Shown: piece after piece, positions 42,041 through 55,565 of the stretch
Layout: each line of letters starts with the position of its first letter
Numbering within the stretch: the first letter of the stretch is position 1
DNA from: Octopus vulgaris
Lineage: Eukaryota
Reading direction: 5' to 3'
Assembly: GCA_951406725.2 (NCBI GenBank)
Contig: OX597821.1
Coordinates: forward strand, 85,808,001 to 85,872,000
Length of the DNA: 64,000 nt
Made by a program: the position numbers and the translations under genes
Notes under the pieces: model-generated
Told to the model about the DNA's origin: nothing
What the model saw: only the letters and a program-made list of their open reading frames with translations
The model's database searches: none

Positions 42041-42589
42041 AAGGAAGTGGGTGAGAGAGTGAGTGAGTGTTTACGGTGGGAAAGTACATCAACGTGACTT
42101 GAAAGCACTTCACATTTGCTTTCAATCGTGCGAGATTTCATCCTAAATATACTTTCTCGTGGCTCACTCTTTTATCTTAATATTCATTCGGGCAAAGAGC
42201 TTAACCCGAAACCTGAGCATTCTCCTTTCACCACGGAGATACGAACACTTAACCCAGTTTACAAACGTTGCTAAATAACAAAACAACATTTTACCGTCGA
42301 AGACCACCACTAGTTTTCGCAAGATTCTTTCTTCTCTCCTTTTATGTTTATGGGGCGGGGCTGGAATTTAAGTATTCTCTCTTTAATCATTTCTAACGGG
42401 ACTTGCATAACAAAATGCAATGAAAGTAATAGCAATAAAAGTAACAGCATAGCGAATGTGAAGAGTTAACTATATAGCACTTGTATGATTTCTATGTCCG
42501 GTGTATGTGTTTTGTGCTAGTAATGAGGCTGGTTCTCAACGTAGGCGAGTATACTAATGCTAATTTTTATTGAAATAAAATGTTTGCGC

Positions 42590-42763
42590 AAGGCCAACAA
42601 TTTCGAGGGAAGGGTTAAATCAATTATATCGACCCCAGTCTAAACTGGTACTTATTTTATCGACTCCGAAAGGATGAAAAGTAAAGTCGACCCCGTAAAG
42701 ATAGAAGAAATACTGATAAGCATTTTACCCGGTGCGTTAGCGACTCAGCCAGCTCGCCGCCCT
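42590..42763 (-). mobile_element. SINE family S3
   Basis: tcgaccccagt...ctggtacttattttatcgac...gaaaggatgaaaag...gccagctcgccgcc. Confidence 0.85.
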
Positions 42764-42799
42764 CTGCGACTTTATATCGATAGCAACTTACTTAAGCCC

Positions 42800-43315
42800 T
42801 TCACTCCTTATGGAACTTTTCTCTGCTGTTCTTGACTCTGGAGTCTCTTTTTTGCTTCTTTTCATTTAGATCCTTATTTTTCAGCTCTACCTCAGGAGCT
42901 TACTTCCAGATATTTTTAGGACATCGTCTCTTCCACCTCCTTTGTGGGATCCAGGTCAAGACTGACATGTAATGTTAGATGAAGGTTTCCTTGAGGTGTG
43001 GTTACCAATTCAAACTTTCGGATTTTGCTGCACCGCTTCATAAATACGTCCGAGGGAAGGCCTTCTTATCCCAGGTCTTGTTGGTTTTCAATAATCACCA
43101 ATGATTCAGTAACTTTGCTTTCTTTCTATGTCGGGGTTTTTGCCCTATACGAGCCTTTTTCTTGTTTACCTCTTGGAAGCAGAAGTTCATCTTAAGTTGG
43201 CCCCTATCCTTTGGCTTGTCCAGCATGAGGGTCCTCAACAGGATCTTGTGCTTCGCTAGTATAGCTTTCTGAGGTCATTGTGGTACACAGGACGCCACAT
43301 TACACCACATCACTC
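42800..43315 (-). mobile_element. Internally deleted old RTE/RTE-X element (5' UTR-like sequence plus C-terminal fragment)
   Basis: Minus-strand VLTWIPQRRWKRRCPKNIW resembles the RTE C-terminal motif ALxWxPxGKRxRGRPKxTW. caatgacctcagaaagctat resembles RTE 5' ends. Confidence 0.5.
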
Positions 43316-43368
43316 TTGGTGATTTTAGTAACAGAAAAGGCATGAAAGTCAGCGGGTCAAATAACTCG

Positions 43369-43529
43369 GGACAGGCGTGGCTGTGTGGTAAGATGTTTGC
43401 TTGCCAACCACATGGTTCTGGTTTCAGTCCCACTGCGTGGCACCTCGGGCAAGTGTCTTTTACTGTAGCCTCGGGCCGACCGAAGCCTTGTAAGTGGGAT
43501 CGGTAAGCAGAAACTGAAAGAAGCCCATC

Positions 43530-43531
<2 letters not shown>
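43369..43531 (+). mobile_element. 5' half of SINE S1
   Basis: Head through gaagcccatcg, then (TA)n. Confidence 0.88.
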
Positions 43532-43576
<45 letters not shown>

Positions 43577-43578
<2 letters not shown>

Positions 43579-43745
43579 TTAAATATAAATTACAAAATGG
43601 GACAAGAACGCAAAAACACACAAAGAGACGATACAAAAAAACAGACGGGTCATTTGAAGCCTCTAATATTCAGTCGGGAACCGGATCCTCTTAACAATTT
43701 CGGCTGATTAATCCTAACGAGAATGGGATCCCAACTAGGCGAACC
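43577..43745 (-). mobile_element. Element family H3a
   Basis: Reverse complement homologous to 33450-33607; abuts (TA)n. Confidence 0.75.
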
Positions 43746-44112
43746 TGTTCGTTGGTGAAGATGAATGGCGGCATAACATCGCCATCACTAGTGATCACTC
43801 AAAACACCATGATGTTGACTGGATGTTTGATTTTTATCCCTCTTGGTACATGACCTCAGATTGCACTGTTCTCAGATTGACACCAAAACACTCTGAAACG
43901 TTTTGTTGGAGCTTCAGGCACGAATGCCAAGCAGTACAGCATGTCGTTCCCAAATTTCTGGCCGAGTAAATTGCGTCATGGTGCTGTTTTTCTCACAGAC
44001 GGTACCTAGCTGACCCTTCTATTCTGTGTAGTCGACAAAATAAAAAACAAACAATGTGCATGCGCGAAATTAAAAATATAAAATGGAGACAATTTACTCA
44101 TCGCACCCTGTA
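43745..44112 (-). mobile_element. Tc1/mariner-superfamily relic (left TIR plus internally deleted transposase)
   Basis: Minus strand begins TA-CAGGGTGCGATGAG, then MTQFTRPEIWERHAVLLGIRA and KHPVNIMVF*VITSDGDVMPPFIF. Confidence 0.75.
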
Positions 44113-44251
44113 TATGTGTGTGTAAACGACAACGCTTCTCAGTTTTTGTCTACCAAATTCACTCGCAAGGCTTTTGTCGGACCAGGCCTGTAGAGGACAC
44201 CTTGTATATGTGTATGTGTGTATTTGTGTGTAGGAGTATGTATGTGTTGTG

Positions 44252-47200
44252 TCAGGTCTCCGCTTGGTAACATGTAACCCAGTACAACCTGTTACATGGT
44301 CGGGTCGTTGGCGACTAAACTGGCAACCCCACCAAGATTTCTTGGTGAGGAGGGTGATTTGGACACCCAGCAGGACTAAAAACAAAACCTGTCAAAGGGC
44401 AGAGGAACTCTCTCATGAGTCAATGGCCATCCAAAATCCGGAGTGGAGCCCCTAAGGCGGTTGGATTGCGCCATGCGTGCCACCTTCCGGCAGCTCCTGC
44501 ATCTTGGTCTACCCCAGTCGTCTTGACTTTGTCTTGCCACTGGATCCGGCGCACCAGGACGAGAGAGTGAGGCTGATCCTGCGCAAGTCACCCTCACTAT
44601 AATCCAAGTCACGCGCATGTCACGACATCATGACGTCATGACACCATCCCAGTCCTGTGGCGATGGGGAAACGGCGAAGTAGCAGGTGAGGATACACTGG
44701 GAGCTGCAGTCGTAAACCCACACACAGGCGGCTCAGGACATGTGGTCACCCTTCACTGAACTGAGGCAGCAGTGGAGTCCGGCAGCCTCCTGAGTGACCG
44801 AGCAGCCCTCTTCAGGATCGCTCTGCTCGCCTCCCCAGCATGAGGACGGGGCTAGAAAAGGTTGCCCTAAACATAGCCTGCCTCACCTCACCCTGGTCAG
44901 CAAACCGCGGCTGGCGGGGATCCTTTCCAAGCGGTCGAAACAAAGAAAGAAGAAAACAAACAAAGGTGCTCACTTTCGCAACTTGGAACGTGAGAACTCT
45001 GCTTGACAACACCAAAGCGGACAGACCAGAGAGACGAACTGCCCTGGTGGCCAGAGAACTGAGCCGATACAATGTCGATATTGCAGCACTGAGCGAGACC
45101 CGCCTTGCGGACAAAGGCCAGCTGACAGAGACAGGCGGCGGCTACACTTTCTTTGGAGTGGTCGCAGCAGCGAAGAGCGTCGTGAGGCTGGTGTTGGTTT
45201 TGCCATTAAGTCAGTACACGTGCGGAAACTGGAAAGCCCCCCCGAGGGTATCAACGATCGGCTGATGAAGATGCAGCTCCCACTTGGAAACAAGACTAGT
45301 GCGACCATCATCAGTGCTTACGCCCCAACCATGACCAACCCTGAAGAAGTTAAGGACAGGTTCTATGAGGAACTCGACTCCCTCATCACGTCAGCCCTGC
45401 ATGGGAAGCTCATCCTCCTTGGGGATCTTAACGCCCGTGTCGGGACTGACCACCAAGCCTGGCATCGCGTACTGGGAAAGCAAGGAATCGGAAAGTGCAA
45501 CAGCAACGGACAGCTCCTCCTGCGTGCGCGTGTGCCTCTCATGATCTTACCATCGCCAACACCTTGTTCCGTCTGCCAACACGCAACAAGACATCATGGA
45601 TGCATCCACGCTCCAAACACTGGCATCTGATAGATTACGTCATCGTCAGGGCGAAAGACAGGCGGGACGTGAGACTGGTCAAAGCCATGTGCGGAGCTGA
45701 CTGCTGGACGGACCATCGCCTCATCATCTCCAGGATGGATTTCTACATCCGACCTAAGAGAAGACCACAGGGTCAGAAAGTGACGAGAAGCTTAACATCA
45801 CGAAATTAAAGAACCAGCTGACTGCACAAGATCTCCAGTCACGTATGGACAGCAAGCTGTTGGACATTCGGAGTGACCAGTCCAGCATCGATGAGCAGTG
45901 GGAATCATTCAGGGACACGGTTCATTCCATCGCCCTTGAAACTCTGGGCCAAGTTACGAGGAACCACCAGGACTGGTTCGACGAAAACGACCAGGAGATC
46001 CAAAAGCTCCTGGAAGAGAAACGCCGTCTGCTGCGGGCTCACTAAAATGACACCACCTGCACGGCAAAGAAGGCCGCTTTCAACAACATTCGCAGCACAG
46101 TCCAGGCTAAACTCCGCCTCATGCAAGACGCATGGTTAAGCGCCAAGGCGGATGAGATTCTGGGATACGCAGACAAACACGACACCAAGAAATTCTACGA
46201 GGCGCTGAAAGCTGTCTATGGACCGCAGTTCTCCTTTGGATCAACCCCCCTGCTCAGCTCGGATGGAACCTCACTCCTGACTAACAAGAGGCTGATCCTG
46301 GAGAGATGGGCGGAGCATTTCAACATCGTGCTCAACCGACCAGCCCAGATCAACGAGGAAGCCATCGCACGACTCCCCCAGGTGCCGACAAACCACGAGT
46401 TGGCTGTTCCCCCTGCAGTCGAGGAAGTGAGCAGAGCCATCAAAAAAATGTCCACCGGCAAAGCTCCAGGCTCTGACGCCATCCCTGCAGAGGTGTTCAA
46501 GTCGGGCGGCCCCACCATGATCAGTCAGCTCACCAGCCTGTTCCAGTCGATGTGGGACAGGGAACAACTCCCTCAAGATTTCCGGGACGCAACAATCGTC
46601 CACATTTATAAGCGGAAAGGAGATCGGCAGTCCTGCGACAACCACCGAGGTATCGCCCTCTTTTCCATAGCGGGCAAGATCCTGGCCCGGGTCCTGCTTG
46701 ACCGCCTTCTGGAACACTTGGAGCAAGGCCTTCTCCCTGAGAGCCAGTGTGGCTTCCGCGCGGGTCGAGGGACCACTGACATGATATTCGCCGCCCGCCA
46801 GCTCCAGGAGAAATGCATGGAGCAGCACCTTGACCTCTGCATGACCTTTGTTGACCTCACCAAAGCCTTTGATACAGTCAGTCGGGAGGGACTATGGAAA
46901 GGTCATGGGAAAATTTGGTTGCCCCAGCAAATTTATTGCAATTGTCCGCCAGTTCCACGACGGAATGACAGCCAGAGTCCTTGAAGACGGCAACTCATCT
47001 GAAGCCTTCCAGGTGACCAACGGAGTCAGGCAGGGCTGTGTCCTGGCCCCAACACTGTTCAGCATCATGTTCTCGGCAATGCTGTCCGACGCCTTTAGGG
47101 ACTGCAAGTCCGGTATCGACATCAAGTACAGGACAGACGGGAAACTTTTCAACTCCAGAAGATTGCAGGCTGTCACAAAGGTGAGGGAGACGGTCGTCAG

Positions 47201-48206
47201 AGACTTTCTCTTTGCTGACGACTGCGCCCTTAATGCAATCGATGAGCAGGAGATGCAGCTCGAGATGGACAGGTTCTCATCAGCCTGTGACAACTTCGGT
47301 CTCACCATCAGTGCCAAGAAAACCGAAGTGATGTTTCAGCCAGCCCCCGGCAAACAATACCATGAGCCGCAGATAAGGGTGAACGGACGGATTCTACGAG
47401 TGGTGGAAAACTTCACCTACCTGGGCAGCACTCTCTCCTGCAATGCCAACATAGATGCTGAAACCATCAACAGAATCTCCAAGGCAAGCAGCGCGTTTCG
47501 GAGACTGCGAAAGAAAGTCTGGGAGCGGAGAGGAATCAGCCTCAACACCAAGCTGAAAGTCTACCGGGCAGTCGTGCTTACCACCCTACTATACGGCTGT
47601 GAGACGTGGACTGCTTACCGAAGGCACGAGCGCCAGATAAACCACTTCCATCTCAGGTGTCTTCGGAACCTCCTTCACACCCGCTGGCAGGACAAAGTCC
47701 CAGACACGGAAGTTCTGAAGCAGGCAGATCTCCCTAGCACCATCACAATCATGCGCAAGGCCCAGCTGAGATGGGCGGGCCACGTCTCCCGCATGTCCGA
47801 CACTCGCATCCCAAAACAGCTCTTCTACGATGAACTCGGCCAGGGCAGGCGCAAAGTCGGAGGGCAGAAGAAGCGCTACAAGGATAGTCTCAAGGTCTCT
47901 CTCAAAGACTTCTCCATCGGAACAGAGACCTGGGAGACACTTGATGCCAACCGCTCATCCTGGCACAGCGCAATCACCGTGGGAGCAGGGACAGCCGAGG
48001 AGGACGGATTCGGTCAGCGGAGCAGAAACGTCAGATGCGTAAAGCCAGAGCCGCCTGCACCAGTAGCACGGCACCTACCCACTTCTGCCCCACCTGTGGG
48101 AGGGGCTTCTTTGCCCGGATTGGCCTCACCAGCCACCTCCGGTCTCATGGCGCTAGTTCCATCAGATGATGTCAGTTGGTCATCTTCGAACCGAAGAACG
48201 AACATT
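44252..48206 (+). mobile_element. Near full-length RTE-clade LINE (APE endonuclease, RT, C-terminal C2H2), disrupted
   Basis: FATWNVRTL, DIAALSETR, ILLGDLNAR, WHLIDYV, WTDH (APE); QCGFR, FVDLTKAFD, VRQGCVLAP, LFADD, YLGS (RT); CPTC...SHLRSH. About five frameshifts and a TAA at 46043. GC-rich, with a short (gaac)-type tail. Confidence 0.95.
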
Positions 48207-48457
48207 CATGTGTGTGTATATGTTTTTTTGTGTGTGTCTGTATTTGTCTCTCACCATCGCTGGACAACCGATGTAGGTATGGTTACATTCCCGTAACTTA
48301 GCGGTTCGGCAAAAATAACCGATAGAATAAGTAAGAGGCTTAAAAAATGCAATAAGTGCTGGATTCAATTCATTCAACTAAAAATTCTTGAAAGCGGTGC
48401 CCCAGCATTGCCGCAGTCTAATTTCTGAAACAAGTAAAAAAACAAATGATAAAAGAT
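48207..48457 (+). mobile_element. 3' half of SINE S1
   Basis: gacaaccgatgtagg...cccgtaacttagcggttcggcaaaa...gcggtgccccagcattgccgcagtc. Confidence 0.88.
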
Positions 48458-48589
48458 TACTCTGAACCTATGTAACAAGGTCTAATTAAAAGTCTGCAAA
48501 CGAGCATGGACGTTAGGACAAACTCATAAAAATGCTTTGGACAAGCAAAGCGTAAACACGCATGCACACACACACACAAACACACACAT

Positions 48590-48850
<261 letters not shown>

Positions 48851-49551
48851 CGCCATCCGCCTCATCGTTGTCGTCACCCCTGCCGGCATTACCTTTGCTG
48901 TGATGCTGTTCTCATATGATTTGATATCATCACACACACACACACACACAAATATGCCCATATAAAATGCATTTGTCTTTTTGTTTTGTTTTCACTAACA
49001 TATCTAATATAAGAAATAAAAACAAAGCTTTTTGTCAAATTATCATTTTTATTTTAATCAATATAATTACATTGTATGATTACAGCGTCTTCTCAATGGA
49101 ATCGATATTACTTTCCACCAATTATTTACATCCCTACGTTTCATCATCAATTTCTTCTCGTTATTATAAGATAATCTTCTGATCCTTCAAATCTATTCGC
49201 AAAGCTTAATCTTTTTTTAAGCCTTCGTGCTATCATACAAGAATCAGTAGATGTCTTTTCTTCCCTTATCCGTCATATAATTAGTTGTGGACAGTGAAAT
49301 CTTTTTGATTTTGTCAGAAGCAGTAAACTCGTAGCTCTGATTAGTCATCTATTCGGAAGATCTGTAATGTAAATCATTGAAATTGTAATAAGTTTGTCTT
49401 CCATAGTCAGTCGACATTTGTTGAAATTATGGCTCTACAAGAACGTACACAAGATCCTTTAAACGCCATCATATCTTTATAACCAAAGTCCCTACAATCA
49501 CAGTAAAACGAAAACCGCCATCGTCATCATCGTCGTCATCGTCGCCATCAT

Positions 49552-49607
<56 letters not shown>

Positions 49608-49662
49608 TCGTCGTCGTCGTCGTCGTCATCATCATCATCAGCAGCAGCATCATTATTGTCAC

Positions 49663-49725
49663 TAAAGGCAGTGCTCCAACATGACCACAGTCAAATGACT
49701 GAAACAAATACAAGAATAAAAGAGG
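49663..49725 (+). mobile_element. 3' tail of SINE S1
   Basis: taaaggcagtgctccaacatgaccacagtcaaatgactgaaac. Confidence 0.8.
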
Positions 49726-49734
49726 ATTAGAAAA

Positions 49735-49900
49735 ATAGTCGACAACTTGTGTTTCTTGTCTTGTTTTCCATTTGTTTCTTTCGTTGTTTGCAACAAAAAA
49801 TGTTCATATTCCATGTATTCGTATTTCGTATCTCATGTTTGCGTATTTTATGTTGTCTACGTTCTGTGACGTCCTGTACCCACATATGCATATATTTATA
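49735..49900 (+). mobile_element. Truncated element family H3b
   Basis: T-rich body ending gtcctgtacccacatatgca, as in the 50545 and 53740 copies. Confidence 0.6.
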
Positions 49901-50100
49901 AACGTATAATTTAAGTATGTACATATACTTATGTATATATGCATATATATATTGTTTGTATGATATATATATATACATACCTGTATGTATGTATGTATGT
50001 ATGTATGTATGTATGTATGTATGTATGTATGTATGTATGTATGTATGTATGTATGTATGTGTGTATGTATGTATGTATGTATATATATATGTATACATAC

Positions 50101-50167
<67 letters not shown>

Positions 50168-50544
50168 ATGCTTATATAAATATGAGTATGTATGTATGTA
50201 TGTATGCTTGCATGTATAAGTCAGTAATGAACGGAAGTCCACAATATATCCGCTTTTTATCACATATACGTTCTGTTTCTCACACACACACAAATGCACA
50301 CACACACACGCACATACACATACTCATGTATATATGTACACACGCACACACACATATGGCTCCTTCGCCGTTCTCAAAAATAGCGTTTGTAATATTTTAT
50401 CTCATTCGGCTTAACAGCCCTTCTTTTCTGTGTTACTGTTATTCTCCTTGTCCTGTCTTTTACTGCTTATATTTTGTACTGTCGTTACTGTCCTGTTTTT
50501 GTTACAATTTTTACCCCTCCGCAAAAAAATCTCAAATTTTATTT

Positions 50545-50830
50545 GATTTGCTTTTCGCGGGAAGGAAAGTTTCTATCGAAGATGCGTATCGCCTTCACCT
50601 TCGAAACGCAGAGTAGATGAAACCATGGTGACTGAAGAAGGCGAATTTTCTTTGTGTTATTTGTCCTGTACTCTATTTTTTCGTTGTTTAAGAAAAATGT
50701 CCAGTTCCTTGGTTTTGTGTTTATGTTTTCGTTTCTCATTGAGTTCGACGTTTTTTTGGTGTCCTGTACCCATATATGCATGTATATATACATGTAGATG
50801 TAGGTACGTACATATATGTATGTATATATG
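50545..50830 (+). mobile_element. Element family H3b
   Basis: gcgggaagga...ccttcGAAAcgcagagtaga...CTGAAGAagg...ctgtacccatatatgcatg, homologous to 53740-54030. Confidence 0.8.
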
Positions 50831-51074
50831 CATATGTTTTATTTATTAATTTGTTATATATATATATGTTTATTGTATCGTCTTCTAAGAGTTATACGTT
50901 CTTGTCCATGTTGTATTTTTCTACATACCTTAATATATATATATATATATAATTAAGAGTTTAGCAGCAAGTTGCTTAACTACATACCGAAATATTTAGA
51001 AATAGCAGCCAAAAGACTATTATTTCTTTTAGCTATATACACACACACTTGCACACACACACACTTGCACACAC

Positions 51075-51513
51075 ACACACACGCACGCACGCACACACAC
51101 ACACACGCACACACACACATACACACACATATACAGAGGAAGACAGAAAACACAAAGAGAGAGGGAGAGAGGGAGAGAGGGAGAAGGAGAGAGGGGTTTC
51201 AAATCCACTTGACTTTTTCAGGCAGAAATGCAATGTGGCATAGAAAAGAAAGAATAACTCCCGAAACAAATAAAATAAAAGGATTATTTTGTTTATTATT
51301 TCCCGGTCATTTCCCGGATTATCTGAAGTGATGTGAGAAAGAATGCCTAATCAGAACGAGGGTTTCACGCACACACACACACACACGCACACACACACAC
51401 ATACACACACATATACAGAGGAAAGACAGAAAACACAAAGAGAGAGAGGAGAGAGAGAGGAGAGAGAGGAGAGAGGGAGAAGGAGAGAGGGTTTCAAATC
51501 CACTTGACTTTTT
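51075..51513 (+). repeat. Local direct duplication (~51075-51219 and ~51367-51513)
   Basis: atacagagga(a)agacagaaaacacaaagag...ggtttcaaatccacttgactttttc occurs twice. Confidence 0.85.
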
Positions 51514-51715
51514 CCCACTTCCAGCCGGCTTCTGCCCACCCAGAAGACAGACAGACAGACAGAACACCTCCGCCCACTGTTGAGTTTACCACTCCACCAC
51601 CACCACCAACACCATTTCCCCCTCATCCTTCTCGTCTTCTTGTCCTTCTTTCTCGTCCTCCTTCTCTTCCCCCTCCTATACACAATACTTCGTTTTCGAC
51701 TCCCTGCTGCCGCTT

Positions 51716-51752
<37 letters not shown>

Positions 51753-51755
51753 ATA

Positions 51756-51816
<61 letters not shown>

Positions 51817-51831
51817 ATGCATATGTGTATA

Positions 51832-52790
51832 TACTTTAATACTTTGATAGGTTTCGGCCAATATTGGGCCCAGGCCATGTCTAAATTAATAGCACCACCT
51901 GGCAAAGTTATTGAAATCAGGATTCAGACAACATGGCCCACTCAAGTAGAGAGTTATTGTTTACGGAGACACATCCGGGTGTAGGAGGTTTATCTGGGAT
52001 TTCTTGAAGGAATTTGTCCAAAGACTTCTTGAACTTTATGGTATCTGTTTCTGCTTCAATGTGTTTTAGTATAATTGTACCGTGTTGTTGTTATGAGATG
52101 CGAATGTGATACATGTTGATGGGCGGATAGCAAAGGACACAAGCCTGGAGCGAATCTTAAAGGTGATGCCAACATCATTTGGACAATGCGATGTTGGAGA
52201 GAATAACGCTTGAGCTTTTCTAGTCGACCCCAATAGTCAAGGCCCGTCAGGCCTTCTATCTTTTTTCTAATTGACCTTTCAGGTGCTTCGGTTTTCATGA
52301 TACTTTGTTTCGTGTGGGGAGACCACAGTGAACAGCAGTATTCAAGGTGGGGTCTGACAAAAGTGGAGGAGAGAAGGATAATGGTTTGGATGTCTCTCGA
52401 CTGAAAAGTTCTGAGAATCCAGGAACACATTCTGCTGGCCATGTCAACTTTACTGTTTCTATGAGAGGTCTAGCTTATGTTGTTCTCCACAATTACTCCC
52501 AAGTCTCTGATGTTGTTGAATGCCATGGGAGTTTCACCTGAAGGAAGAGAGTATGAGAGAGTTTCAGGCTGTCCACTTTTCCAAAGTGGATTAACTCGAA
52601 TTTGTCCTCGTTCAGCAACATATTGTTCTTTTCCGCCCATTGGATGACAGTCAGTAGGTCTAACTGAATGTATGTCTGGTCACCCACTTCATTGATGATC
52701 TTCTGGAGCTTGGAATCATCTGCAAAGATTCTTATGTGGCTGTACTTGATGATGTCAGCAATATATAGGGAGTTAAATTCTGTGATTGAC
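51832..52790 (-). pseudogene. Older 5'-truncated CR1-like LINE
   Basis: IRIFADDSKL...WAEKNNMLLNEDKF...WILRTF...VRPHLEYCCSLWSPH...YWGRLEKLKRYSL, homologous to 61360-61950. Confidence 0.9.
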
Positions 52791-52842
52791 ATAGAATTAA
52801 TATGCGGTGTAGTGTATATATTAATATCCATCCATCCATCCG

Positions 52843-52909
<67 letters not shown>

Positions 52910-53056
52910 TCATTAGAAAAGTGGTCTCACGTGGCTAGGAGTTGTTTTGACTCTTGTTTCTAGCAATGCTGGTGCTGGCTGGCATCTTCAGTCACTTTAG
53001 TAACGAGTATACTTTTGTCTTTCGGTTAAAAATTACGAATAGTCACTTTAATAATT

Positions 53057-53117
<61 letters not shown>

Positions 53118-53124
53118 ACACACA

Positions 53125-53740
53125 CATACACCTATGGTTAAGTCGTTTCGACTTGCGTCATTTCCGAAGATACGTCGGTCTTTCTAAAATATTCAATAAA
53201 TATTAAATACAGTATTAATTTACATCGCCTGGCAAAACGGCAATAATGTTCATATTATACTGTACTGTTAGTTCCGAGTTGTATTGATTGGTTACGTTTG
53301 TATTCATCTCTGAGAAATAAATTTTAAAAAGTAATCGAAACATAATCTGTATAGCATATTAAAACTCAAGTTAAAATACAGTATGCATCATGGATCCCGA
53401 GCCCCGTCATCTTACGTCGAGGAAAATGCAAGAGGCTTTTTCTCATTTGGATAAATGTCTTGCTTTATTTAAGGAAATTGATCCCGATGAATAGCGTTTT
53501 GTAAAAATATCCGTGGGTTGTCGAGATACTATTACATGTTCTTAACTAATCCTTGAAGAGAAGAAGAAAAAAATTAATTCTAGGAACTTTAGACAAGTCC
53601 GCATAAGGATCTACACCATCAACCAGGAGTCAGCTGACGATCTCCAACCATCGACGTCTAGTGTGTAATCTCCTCCCCCAACACCAGCTTCAATGAGTAG
53701 CACCGACGTCCGCCATCAGGTAGGCAACAGTATAGTATTT
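53125..53740 (+). mobile_element. Tigger/pogo-like DNA transposon relic
   Basis: MQEAFSHLDKCLALFKEIDPDE*RF...ILEEKKKK resembles a Tigger transposase C-terminus. Terminal tcgacttgcgtc motif. Confidence 0.6.
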
Positions 53741-54030
53741 AATTTGTTTTGCGGGAAGGATAGTTTTAACGAAGTCACGTCTTGTCCTTACCTTCGAAAA
53801 CGCGGAGTAGATAAAACAGGGGACAACTGATGAAGGGAATGTTCTTTATGTTGCATGTCTCGTTTCTCTGTTTTTTTTCATTGTTCGAAAAAATGTTTGT
53901 TTTCTATGTTTTCGTTTTTTATATTCCCGTTTCTCATTCTGTCGACGCTTTTTTATGGTTCTGTACCCATATATGCATGTATATATACATATATATGTAG
54001 GTATGTACATATATGTATGTATATATGCAT
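53740..54030 (+). mobile_element. Element family H3b
   Basis: Homologous to 50545-50830; GAAA at 53796 and CTGATGA at 53827. Confidence 0.8.
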
Positions 54031-54058
54031 ATATTTATATATTATATATATATTAACT

Positions 54059-54278
54059 TTTTTTTTACTCTTTACTTGTTTCAGTCATGTAACTGTGGCC
54101 ATGCTGGAGCACCGCCTTTAGTCGAGCAAATCGATCCCAGGACTTATTCTTTGTAAGCCTAGTACTTATTCTATCGGTCTCTTTTGCCGAACCGCTATGT
54201 TATGAGGACGTAAACACACCAGCATCGGTTGTCAAGCGATGTTGGGGGGACAAAAGCAGACACACAAACACACACACA
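54059..54278 (-). mobile_element. 3' half of SINE S1
   Basis: Reverse complement of 7790-7993. Confidence 0.9.
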
Positions 54279-54930
54279 TCTCTGTGTAAAGAGACTTTAA
54301 TTCAATGATCTAGCTTGCCATGCGCGTGTTTTGCTGACCCTGACCGTGTATTACGTTAAAGGTATAAGTGTCTCCGTTTGGATACTTGGCTACAAACTAT
54401 AAATTCAATGGCTTCCATTTACCAGACAACCGCAATAAACACTGATGAATCTGGCGAATATTCCAGTCGAATCTATTGTACTCCATAACTGCTAAGTGGT
54501 TCTTTTTATTGTGGATGTGACTGAGAAAGAAATCTAGTTGGGTTAAAGCCGGCTATACTTTTGGAAAACCTTACACAAGCAACAAGTCATATGTGTTTAG
54601 CACACACAAAGCTTGTTAGGAGGACTGAAAGAAAATAATAGAAGGTGGGTGGTGAAGAATAAACTCTAACAAAACAGAAGATAATGTTGAAGTGGAGAGG
54701 AAAATATGGAAAAGACGAGCGAGAAGGGACGATTAGAGAGGAGGAAAATAAAGGAAATATGGGATCCGAATGGGGTAGGTTATGGTGATAGAAAGACAAA
54801 GGTATGAAATGAGACACTGATGGTGAAGGAGGTGGAGTAGAGAAAAAAAAGGAGGGGATGGAAAAGGAGAATGGAGCAGTAAGAGGAAGAGAAGGGGAGA
54901 TAAGAGAAAGAGAGAGAGTGGGGAAGGAAA

Positions 54931-54961
<31 letters not shown>

Positions 54962-55526
54962 GAGTACATAAATGGAATGAGTGAGAGATAGAATACAATG
55001 AAGGAAACGATTAAGAGAAAAAGAGAGGAAAATTGGAAATGAGAACTATGTCTCTCTCTCCTCGCTGTGTATATGTGTGTGTGTGAGTGTATGTGTGTGT
55101 GTATGTGTATGTATATGTGTGTGAGAGTGTGTATATATGTATGTGTATGTATATGTGTGTGAGAGTGTGTATATGTGTATGTGTATGTATATGTGTGTGA
55201 GAGTGTGTATATGTGTATGTGTATGTATATGTGTGTGCGTGTATATGTGTGCATATGTGTATATAGACATGCACACACACATGTATATGTAGACAGGCAG
55301 ACAGATACATATATACATGCATACATACATATATACATACACGTGCGTGTGTGTGTATGATTTCTATATATATATATATGCATATGTATGTGTGTGAGTG
55401 TGTGTGTAGAGAGAGAGAGAGGGAGATAGAGGGAGAGAGGAGGGAGAGGGGAGGGAGAGGGAGAGAGAGAGTGAGAGAGAGGGGGAGAGAGAGAGAGAGG
55501 TGACAGAGTGTAGGGCAAACAAAAAG

Positions 55527-55565
55527 ACATTAGTGATTTCAGTGATTATAAACTTCGTCAGATCC
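55527..55565 (-). ncRNA. Candidate minimal hammerhead motif (intact core, weak stems)
   Basis: Minus strand: ggat-CTGACGA-AGT-ttataatc-ACT-GAAA-tcac-TA-atgt. Confidence 0.4.
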
